The position numbers were made by a program, and so were the translations under genes. DNA of 35,825 nt, from assembly GCA_964372275.1 (NCBI GenBank), contig CAYJRR010000037.1, positions 1 through 35,825 of the forward strand, written 5' to 3'. Below are positions 25,892 to 33,595 of this stretch, piece by piece. How positions within the stretch are numbered: position 1 is the first letter of the stretch; every line of letters begins with the position of its first letter. The notes beneath the pieces are model-generated. The model made no database searches. It was not told the origin of the DNA and saw only the letters and a list, made by a program, of their open reading frames with translations. Source of the DNA: an uncultured bacterium. Lineage in GTDB: Bacteria; CAYJRR01.

Positions 25892-27319
25892 TCATTGAAG
25901 GATCTCCTTGAACTCCGGGAGCTCCCGTAACGGGGCGAGGTCGGCGTCCCCTTTCGCCTTGTCGCGCATCTTGAGCAGGTCGTCGGGGTCGAGCTCCACC
26001 GCGCGCTTCAGCGCCCGCAACGAGCCGAGCCGGTCGCCGTCGGCGAGGCGCGCGACCGCGAGGTTGTAGTGCGCCGCGGCGCTTCCCGGGTCGAGACGGA
26101 CCGCTTCGCGCAGGTCCTGGGTCGCGAGCCGCGTCGCCCCCGCGCGGACCTCGTCGAATCCGGTTTCGTTGTAGACCGTCGCGCGGTCCCGTCGTTCACC
26201 GATCTGCTGGATCGCCGCCTGCGCGCGCTTCGATTCGTCGAAGGCCGGGAAGCGCGTGACCAGCGTCTGGAACACCTTCTGCGCCTCTTCGAGGTCGTCC
26301 TCCAGCCCGAACTCGACGCCGACGCCGAACAGTCCGGAGGCGGCGAGCTGGGAGTTGGGATCGGCCTCCAGAATCTTTTCGAACCAGGACGGCTTTCGCA
26401 CCCGGTCGAGGCGCCGCCCGTCCCAGTCCCAGACGTCGAGGTGCTCCTTCGAGGCGCCGCCGTCCACCGAATCCCACACCAGGATCTCGCGGTCGGCGTC
26501 GAGGTCGACCTTCCCCACTTCGACGCGCCGCTTGCGCGAAACGCCGGCGCCGGGTTCCAACCCCTTGTCGACGATCTCCAGCGGCAGCGTTCCCACCGCT
26601 CCAAACGTCCCCCGTGACGAATCCCAACGAAAGATCTCGTACCCCTTCTCCAGGTAGAGATCGCCGCCTTTCTCGTAGCGCACCGCGATGAACTTCTCGG
26701 GACCCGGCTGGAGGTCGAACAGCTCGCCGATGGAGGTCTTCGGTCCCTCGTGCAGCTCGGCGAGGTTGTAGCGGGATTGCGTCCGGACCCAGAACAGCGC
26801 ATAGGCGCGCGTTCCGTCGAGGACCGCGACGATCTCCGGCTGGTTGTCGGGATTGGCGTCCCAGACGGCGAGGTCGGTGATCGCCTTGCCCGGCTTGTCC
26901 CCGGCGGCCAGCAGGAACAGCGTCAGGTAGTCGAGGGCGTAGGTCCGCAGCCGGCGGCCGATCCCCTTCGGGGGGACCTTTCCCGGATTCACCGAGCCGA
27001 GCTCGCCGATCAAGGCGGTCAGATCGGCCGAAAGTCCCTGCGTCTCGACCAGGTCTGTGGTCGCCGGGAAGGCGCCGTCGTAACCGAGCTGGCGGATCCG
27101 CTCCGCAGTCGCCCGCGCGACACCGGTGTCGGCGAACTTTCCGACCCGCACTTTGTAGGTCGATTCGCCGCCGTCGACCGCCGGAACACGCAGGAAGTAG
27201 GCATCGAAGTCGCGACGCCGAAGGTCCTCGACGACGTGGACGGCGCGTGTCTCCTCGGAGAACGAGCCGACCTGGACCGAAACGAACGAGGCGCCGAGCA
27301 GGGAGAGGGCGAGCAGCAC
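25892..27319 (-). CDS. Secreted SPOR-domain and TPR protein
   Basis: N-terminal VQVGSF..YKVRVGKF (SPOR); C-terminal AVRLDPGSAAAHYNLA..ALKRAVELDP..AKGDADLAPLR (TPR). Confidence 0.8.
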   Translation of the reverse strand: MLLALSLLGASFVSVQVGSFSEETRAVHVVEDLRRRDFDAYFLRVPAVDGGESTYKVRVGKFADTGVARATAERIRQLGYDGAFPATTDLVETQGLSADLTALIGELGSVNPGKVPPKGIGRRLRTYALDYLTLFLLAAGDKPGKAITDLAVWDANPDNQPEIVAVLDGTRAYALFWVRTQSRYNLAELHEGPKTSIGELFDLQPGPEKFIAVRYEKGGDLYLEKGYEIFRWDSSRGTFGAVGTLPLEIVDKGLEPGAGVSRKRRVEVGKVDLDADREILVWDSVDGGASKEHLDVWDWDGRRLDRVRKPSWFEKILEADPNSQLAASGLFGVGVEFGLEDDLEEAQKVFQTLVTRFPAFDESKRAQAAIQQIGERRDRATVYNETGFDEVRAGATRLATQDLREAVRLDPGSAAAHYNLAVARLADGDRLGSLRALKRAVELDPDDLLKMRDKAKGDADLAPLRELPEFKEILQ

Positions 27320-27346
27320 GCGAGCCGATTGTAGCCCAGAGACGCC

Positions 27347-28009
27347 CTACGCGGGGTGGCCCCGGCGGAGGGCCTTGAGCGCGGAGGCGGTGACGCCGGC
27401 CAGCGTGAGTCCGGTTCGCTCGCTCAAGCCCATTCGCTGGTCGGCGGCTTCGAACGCCAGCCGGAGGAGGAACGTGAACGTCTCGCGGACCCCGTCTCCG
27501 TGCTTGGCGGCGGCGGTGAAGATCGGCCACCCCCGGTCGGCGAACGACCGCTCGAGGTCCTCTTCGGCCGGCCGGTCGGCGAGGTCGCGCTTGTTGAGCT
27601 GGAGCACGATCGGGGGCGGCGGGCGCGGCGCCACGCGGGCACTGCGCAGCAGCGCGTCCGCTTCCCGGATCGCCTCCTGGTTCTCCTCGGCGCGTCCCGC
27701 CATCGAGTCGGTCACCAACGCCACCGCGTCCGCCCCTTCCAGGAGCGAGGCCTTCGCCGACCGGAGAAGCGGCGAGGAGAAACCGCAGACGTTCACCTGC
27801 ACCGTCCATTCGCTCTTCGCGACCGGGAGCGAGACGTCGAAGGAAACGGTGCGGTCACCCGCGGAGTCGAACGCCTTCAGCCGTCCGCGCGAGTCGGCGG
27901 CGAGCAGGTCGTGGAGCCGCTGGAGGTTCGTCGATTTCCCGCTCCGCGGCGGACCGAAATAGACCAGCCGCAGGTGGAGCTGCCGCGCCGACTCGTCGAT
28001 CTCGGGCAT
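27347..28009 (-). CDS. MglA/SofG-like small GTPase, divergent
   Basis: LVYFGPPRSGKSTNL (G1), DRTVSFD (G2), GADAVALVTDS, LQLNKRDL (G4); the TVPGQ motif is absent. Confidence 0.82.
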   Translation of the reverse strand: MPEIDESARQLHLRLVYFGPPRSGKSTNLQRLHDLLAADSRGRLKAFDSAGDRTVSFDVSLPVAKSEWTVQVNVCGFSSPLLRSAKASLLEGADAVALVTDSMAGRAEENQEAIREADALLRSARVAPRPPPPIVLQLNKRDLADRPAEEDLERSFADRGWPIFTAAAKHGDGVRETFTFLLRLAFEAADQRMGLSERTGLTLAGVTASALKALRRGHPA

Positions 28010-28054
28010 GCCCGAAAGGCCCCCTCGCAGGCCGGAAGGCTACCACGGCTTCAC

Positions 28055-28744
28055 CTAACGATACGAAGGCTGCAGCAGCAGCATGCCGACGTTGCAGACC
28101 GCGTGGTAGAGGACCGGCGCCAGCAGCGAACCGGTGCGCGCGCGGAGCCAACCGAAGACGAGGCTGGGAAAGAAGATTCCGAGCTGCCAGAAGGCCGGGC
28201 GCACGGCGAGGTGCCCGGCGACGAAGATCGCCGAGGCGATCGGGAGTCCGAATCCGACCTTGGCGCCGAAGAGGCTCCACCGCGGCGGGAGGATGGCGTC
28301 GAGCCGCGTCTGGAGGTATCCGCGGTAGAAGAACTCCTCCGGCAGCGCCACCGCCAAGACCTCTCCGATCACGATCGACGCGAGACCGGCCGGGAGGACG
28401 GGATCGAACCGCCGATCGAGGATCGACGCCTGCAGCACGTGGTTCGCCGCCCAGAACGGGACGAGGGTGACGACCGAGACGACGAGGCAGACGGCGAGCG
28501 ACGCGCGCCACCGGTCGAGGGTGAGACCGTAGTCGGCGAGGTCGCGGCGACCGCGGAGCATCCAGCCGAGCGGGAGGTAGACGAGCACCAGCATCTTCAC
28601 CACCGAGACGGCGTCGTCGGAGAAGCCGGACGAGACGGCGAGGCGGAGCGCCACCGCCCCCGCGAGCCACATCCCGATCACCTCGAGCCACGCCCGGCGC
28701 GACGGACCGGTCCGGCCGGGGGAGCGCGGTCCGTCAGAGGACAT
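28055..28744 (-). CDS. CPBP (Rce1/Abi) glutamic intramembrane protease, myxosortase-like
   Basis: ALPEEFFYRGYLQTRL, FVAGH, FFPSLVFGWLRARTGS, YHAVCN; multiple TM segments. Confidence 0.88.
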   Translation of the reverse strand: MSSDGPRSPGRTGPSRRAWLEVIGMWLAGAVALRLAVSSGFSDDAVSVVKMLVLVYLPLGWMLRGRRDLADYGLTLDRWRASLAVCLVVSVVTLVPFWAANHVLQASILDRRFDPVLPAGLASIVIGEVLAVALPEEFFYRGYLQTRLDAILPPRWSLFGAKVGFGLPIASAIFVAGHLAVRPAFWQLGIFFPSLVFGWLRARTGSLLAPVLYHAVCNVGMLLLQPSYR

Positions 28745-29549
28745 GCAGGCTGCCGCTCCGGAGTCCGTCCAGGTCGACCGCGACGAAGGAGAAACCGGCC
28801 GCCTTCACCGCCGAGGAGACCGCCCGGCGCACGGCCGGGTCGAGCAGACGTCCGATCTCGGTCGCGTCGAGCTCCAGGCGCGCGACCGGGTGGTGGTAGC
28901 GGACCCGGAAGGCGCGGAATCCGAGGGCGCGCACGCCCCGCTCGGCGTCGCCGATCGCCTTCAGCCGGTCGGACGTCACCTCCACGCCGAACGGGAGGCG
29001 CGACGCGAGGCACGGGGCCGACGGCTTGTCCCAGGTCGGAAGGTCGAACGCCCGCGACAGCGCGCGGATCTCCTCCTTCCGCAGATCCGCCTCGACCAAC
29101 GGACTGCGCACGCCCGCCGCGCGCGCCGCCTCGAGGCCGGGCCGGTGGTCCGAGAGGTCGTCGACGTTCGTCCCGTCGAGGAGGAGATAGCGCCGCCCGT
29201 CGTCGCGCGAGAGGGACTCCGCCACCTCGGTCGCGCGCGCGAACAGCTCGCTCTTGCAATAAAAGCAGCGGTTCGTCGGGTTCGCCGCGTAGCGTGGATC
29301 GAACAGCTCCCGGCTCTCCACCTCGATCCGCCGCGCGCCGACCGCGCGGGCGCGGCGGCGCGCCGCGTCGACCTCCTCGGGCGGGATCGACGGGGAGACG
29401 GCTGTGAGCGCGACGACGCGGTCCCGGAGAGCGTCGACGGCGACGCGAAGGAGGAAGGAGGAGTCGACGCCGCCGGAGAAGCAGACGAGGGCGGCAGGCA
29501 TCTCCGCCAGGAGACCGCGCAGGCGGTCGAGCTTTTCGTCGGCCGTCAC
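28734..29549 (-). CDS. larE: ATP-dependent sulfur transferase LarE
   Basis: PP-loop FSGGVDSS, NRCFYCK, DGTNVDD..DHRPG, WDKPSAPCLASR, RVRYH, VDLDGLRSGS. Confidence 0.93.
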   Translation of the reverse strand: MTADEKLDRLRGLLAEMPAALVCFSGGVDSSFLLRVAVDALRDRVVALTAVSPSIPPEEVDAARRRARAVGARRIEVESRELFDPRYAANPTNRCFYCKSELFARATEVAESLSRDDGRRYLLLDGTNVDDLSDHRPGLEAARAAGVRSPLVEADLRKEEIRALSRAFDLPTWDKPSAPCLASRLPFGVEVTSDRLKAIGDAERGVRALGFRAFRVRYHHPVARLELDATEIGRLLDPAVRRAVSSAVKAAGFSFVAVDLDGLRSGSLHVL

Positions 29550-29593
29550 CGACCGAAACGTAGCACGCCGGAGTCGCGTCCGGAGTCGCGCAT

Positions 29594-30412
29594 TCAGTTC
29601 GTTTCGCCGAGGAAGGCGCGCATCGCCGCCACCGCCGCTTCGTCCCGCAGCAGATCCTCGTGCCCCCGTTCCGCCAGCTCCAGGTATCGCGCCCTCTCCC
29701 CCAGCGCCGCCGCGATCGCCCTCCCGTGCTCCACCGGGATCACGGTGTCGCGCGCCCCGTGCACGACCAGGATCGGTCCCGCGAGCCCCGGCAGCCTCCG
29801 CTCGCTGCGGAAATGGTCGGGCGCGAGCCAGGAGCCGGGCAGGATCGGGAGGACGCGGTGCGCCAGCCGGTCGATCGAGCGATACGGGGCGAGGAGCAAC
29901 AGCCGCGCCGGCGGGCGCCCCTCCTCGGCGAGACTCGCGGCGAGGGCGACGGCGACGCCCGTTCCGAGCGAATAGCCGACGACGCCGAGCCTACGCGGTT
30001 CCACGCCGTGCCGCGCCGCCAGGTGTTCGCTTGCCGCCCGCGCATCGGCGACCAGCCCGCGCTCGGTCGGCCGGCCGCCCGATCCGTCGTAGCCACGGTA
30101 GGCCCACGCCGCGAGACCCCAGCGCTCCTCCCCCGCGAGTCGCTCGAGCAGCCGCTGCGACGAGGCCAGGCTCATGGCGTTCCCGCCGAACAGGAGGATC
30201 CAGCGCGCGTCGGGGTCGCCGGCGGGACGCGTCAGGCCGACAAGCGTCACCTCGCCCGACGCGATCCGCTCCACCGTCCAACCGTCGCGGGAGGCCAACG
30301 CCGCGGCGTCGACCGACGTCGGGTGATAGAGCATCGAGCGGCAGGCGAGCGGCGCCGCCGCGATCGCGGCGATCGCGGCCAAGCTCGCGACCGCACGACG
30401 ATTGCGGCGCAC
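29594..30412 (-). CDS. Alpha/beta hydrolase, putative lipoprotein
   Basis: Lipobox-like PLAC after GTG 30412 (start approximate); FGGNA, YRGYDGS.G.P.E, GYSLG, VHGARDTVIP, GHED. Confidence 0.85.
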   Translation of the reverse strand: MRRNRRAVASLAAIAAIAAAPLACRSMLYHPTSVDAAALASRDGWTVERIASGEVTLVGLTRPAGDPDARWILLFGGNAMSLASSQRLLERLAGEERWGLAAWAYRGYDGSGGRPTERGLVADARAASEHLAARHGVEPRRLGVVGYSLGTGVAVALAASLAEEGRPPARLLLLAPYRSIDRLAHRVLPILPGSWLAPDHFRSERRLPGLAGPILVVHGARDTVIPVEHGRAIAAALGERARYLELAERGHEDLLRDEAAVAAMRAFLGETN

Positions 30413-30485
30413 CCGCGCGCCGTGGTAGCAAGCAGGACGCAGCCGTCGGGTCATGGGAGCAAACCGATACTGAAGAGGGGGACGA

Positions 30486-30986
30486 ATGCTCAAGCAAATT
30501 GGAAAGGGATGTTGTCTCGCGGTCCTGTTCGGATCGCTCGCCGCGCCGCTGATGGCGCACGCGGGCGGCTACGGCGCGGCCGGATGCGGATTGGGGGCGG
30601 TGATCATCGGCGACAAGCCGGGGATGGTGCAGCTCTTCGCCGGCACGACCAACGCGTTCATGGGCAACCAGACGTTCGGCATCACCTCCGGCACGCTGAA
30701 CTGCGCCGAAGGGGCCTCGGCCAAGAACCAGTTCGTGCAGGAGACGTTCGTGGCGATCAACCTCAACAGCCTGTCCCGCGATGCGGCGATGGGCAACGGC
30801 GAGTACCTCTCCGCCCTGTCGACCCTCTTCGGATGCGAGAAGTCGGTCCACCCGGCCGTCTTCGCGGCGGCGCAGAACCACCACGGCGAGATCTTCACGC
30901 CGGGCGCCGCGCCGGACGTCGTCCTCCACAACTTCAAGTCGGTCCTGTCGTCCGACGAATCGATCGGGTCGCGCTGCACGCTGTAG
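30486..30986 (+). CDS. DUF3015 family secreted protein (copy 1)
   Basis: Signal peptide, then GYGAAGCGLG..TTN..NQTFGITSGTLNC and DAAMGNGEYL. Confidence 0.85.
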   Translation: MLKQIGKGCCLAVLFGSLAAPLMAHAGGYGAAGCGLGAVIIGDKPGMVQLFAGTTNAFMGNQTFGITSGTLNCAEGASAKNQFVQETFVAINLNSLSRDAAMGNGEYLSALSTLFGCEKSVHPAVFAAAQNHHGEIFTPGAAPDVVLHNFKSVLSSDESIGSRCTL

Positions 30987-31032
30987 GGCGACGGCGATCG
31001 AACAACTCCAACTTGACGAGGACGACAAGACC

Positions 31033-31527
31033 ATGAAGAAGACGATGAAGGCATGGATCGCGGCAGGTTTCGTGGGCGCGCTCGCGGCGCCGATCGCCGG
31101 CTCGGCGGCGAACTACGGCTCGGCGGGATGCGGGCTCGGCTCGATCGTGATCGGCCCCGGCCACGGCATGAACCAGATCTTCGCCGCCACCACCAACGGC
31201 ACCTTCTACAGCCAGTGGTTCGGCATCACCACCGGCACCTCCAACTGCGCGGAAGGGGGGGGCCAGGCGGCGCTGATGCAGGAGACGTTCATCTCGCTCA
31301 ACCAGGAGAGCCTCTCCAAGGACGTGGCGATGGGCGGGGGCGAGTACCTGAACGCGTTCGCGCGGATGGTCGAGCTGCAGCCGACCGCCGAGAAGGACTT
31401 CAACGCGCTCGCCCAGGCCAACCACGGACGCATCTTCACGCCCGGGGCCGGCGCTCCGGAGATCCTGCGCAACTTCAAGCAGGTGATCTCCGAGGACACG
31501 AACCTGGTCCAGTTGTGCAAGCTGTAG
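31033..31527 (+). CDS. DUF3015 family secreted protein (copy 2)
   Basis: MKKTMKAW signal, NYGSAGCGLG..ATTNGT..QWFGITTGTSNC, DVAMGGGEYL. Confidence 0.85.
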   Translation: MKKTMKAWIAAGFVGALAAPIAGSAANYGSAGCGLGSIVIGPGHGMNQIFAATTNGTFYSQWFGITTGTSNCAEGGGQAALMQETFISLNQESLSKDVAMGGGEYLNAFARMVELQPTAEKDFNALAQANHGRIFTPGAGAPEILRNFKQVISEDTNLVQLCKL

Positions 31528-31534
31528 AACGGTA

Positions 31535-33577
31535 GTGCTTCCGGCTCGCGTCCTGCTACGCGCCCTCCGGAAGCGGCCGATCGTCGTCGGCGTCCTGGCG
31601 TTCGTCGGATCCTCTCCGGCGCGCGCTTCGGACGCCGACGTCGTTTCGGGAGATCGTGGCGCGGCGCCCTACGTCGAAGCGTTGCTTCGCCGCGCCGACC
31701 GGGACGCGCTCTACAACGAACGGGAGTGGCACGTGCTGCTCCACTATCGCCCTGGCGTCGGCGGGCGTCCGGAGAGCGAGGCCGACGGCCCGCGGTTCTT
31801 TCTCGCCCCCAACGGGAAGACGAGCCCGCGCGAGGAGATGCGGGCGACGCTCGCCGCCTTCTTTTCGCCGCTTCCTGCCGCCGCGGCGGACGAGCACCCG
31901 CTCTGCCGCTTTCCGGCGCGCCTGCAGTGGCTTTCGCGGCGGCTCGAGATCGAGGCGGAGCGGTTGGCACGACCGGTATGCAAGGAGTTCGACGCCTGGT
32001 ACGCCGCCGTCGACGCGCGCGCCGCGACGCTCGTCTTCGCCTCGGCGCAACTGAACTCCCCTGCCTCGATGTACGGCCACACGTTGCTTCGCATCGAGAG
32101 GCGCGCGCAGTCCGCCGACTCGCCGCTCCTCTCGCTCGCGATCAACTACGCCGCCGACCCGACCACCTTCAACGTATTCGCCTACCCCTCTCTGGGGCTG
32201 ACCGGCGGTTTCAAGGGGCGCTTCTCCTCCCTGCCCTACTACCTGAAGGTGCAGGAGTACTCGAACATGGAGTCGCGCGACCTCTGGGAATACCGACTCG
32301 CGCTCGACGACCGCCAGCTCGACCGCGTCCTGCGGCATCTCTGGGAGCTCGACGTCACGCACTTCGACTACTACTTCCTCTCGGAGAATTGCTCCTATCA
32401 TCTGCTCTCGCTGTTCGAGCTGGCGGACCCGTCGAAGCGTCTCCTGGAGCGCTTCCGGCGCTACACCATCCCGGTCGACACCGTGCGCGCGCTGATCGAC
32501 GCCGGATTCGTCGAGTCACGGACCTACCGGCCATCGCACGTGACCCAGATGAAGGCGCGACGAGGGCGCCTCACCGGCCGCGAGGTCCGCCTCGCCGAGC
32601 GGCTGACCGACGTCCGCCGTCCGTTCGACGGTAAGGCGCTTGACCCGCTCCACCCCGACCGGCAGGCGGCGGTCCTCGACGCAGCGCTCGACTATTCGAA
32701 GTTCCGGTATGGATTCGGCAAGGCCCGCAAGTCGTCCCTCGAAAAGGAGGTCGTGCGGCGCGAAAGCTCGCTCCTGTTCCGGCGAAGCACGATCCCCCTC
32801 CCCTCTCCGCCGGCCGATCCTCCGATGCCCCCGCCGCCCGAGGACGGCCACCGATCCGCGCGATTCGCCGCCGGGACGCGATGGGCGGACGGAGCCGTAG
32901 GCGTGCTGACCGTCGGCTACCGACCCGCGCTCCACGACCTGCTCGACCCGCCGGCGGGGTTCGTCCCCGACAGCGAGCTGGAGATGTTCGCCATGCGACT
33001 GGCGATCGATCCGGGCGCGGCGGGGGACGGCCCGCGACGCGTCGACTCCGTCACGCTCGATCGACTCGACCTGGTGCGAGTGACGTCGATCTCCCCGCGA
33101 CGCGAATGGATACGCAAGCCGTCATGGCGGCTGCGCGCCGGCGGCGGCCGAGTGCGCGAGGCCGGGTGCGTCGGATGGAATTGCGTCGCCGCCGACCTCT
33201 CCGTCGGATTCGGATTGGCGTACGCTTCCACGTTCCTGGCGCAGACCTACTACCTATTCTTGGACGGTGATGCGGCCGCCGGGCCGGTGTTTTCCGGCGG
33301 AGGGCGCGTCGGCGGCTCCGCCAACGCGGGGGTCCTTTGGCAGATTGCCCCGCGGCTGCGTTTCCACGCCGAGGCCGGCGCGCGCGGCGACCTTCTGGGA
33401 GGCCTCGCGGACGCGACGGAGCGCGACAACGCGGCTGCCGACCGGCATCTTCCCGACGGCGGACGAGTGGAAACCGGAGCGAGTGTGGCGCTCACTCGAG
33501 ACCTACAGATCCGCCTGGAGGGCGTGCAGTATCCGAGCCACCGCGAGATCTCCGTCAGCACGGCCTTCTGCTTCTAG
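31535..33577 (+). CDS. DUF4105 (Lnb N-terminal-like) domain protein with a C-terminal beta-barrel-like region
   Basis: WHVLLHY, CRFPAR, SPASMYGHTLLRI, ESRDLWEY, YYFLSENCSY; C-terminal amphipathic strands ending in Phe. Confidence 0.85.
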   Translation: MLPARVLLRALRKRPIVVGVLAFVGSSPARASDADVVSGDRGAAPYVEALLRRADRDALYNEREWHVLLHYRPGVGGRPESEADGPRFFLAPNGKTSPREEMRATLAAFFSPLPAAAADEHPLCRFPARLQWLSRRLEIEAERLARPVCKEFDAWYAAVDARAATLVFASAQLNSPASMYGHTLLRIERRAQSADSPLLSLAINYAADPTTFNVFAYPSLGLTGGFKGRFSSLPYYLKVQEYSNMESRDLWEYRLALDDRQLDRVLRHLWELDVTHFDYYFLSENCSYHLLSLFELADPSKRLLERFRRYTIPVDTVRALIDAGFVESRTYRPSHVTQMKARRGRLTGREVRLAERLTDVRRPFDGKALDPLHPDRQAAVLDAALDYSKFRYGFGKARKSSLEKEVVRRESSLLFRRSTIPLPSPPADPPMPPPPEDGHRSARFAAGTRWADGAVGVLTVGYRPALHDLLDPPAGFVPDSELEMFAMRLAIDPGAAGDGPRRVDSVTLDRLDLVRVTSISPRREWIRKPSWRLRAGGGRVREAGCVGWNCVAADLSVGFGLAYASTFLAQTYYLFLDGDAAAGPVFSGGGRVGGSANAGVLWQIAPRLRFHAEAGARGDLLGGLADATERDNAAADRHLPDGGRVETGASVALTRDLQIRLEGVQYPSHREISVSTAFCF

Positions 33578-33595
33578 AAGAACGATTCATCGCCG

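Noticed and set aside
30486..31527. Assembly duplication of DUF3015
   Set aside because: The two copies are substantially diverged in protein sequence and both are intact, so they are genuine paralogs.
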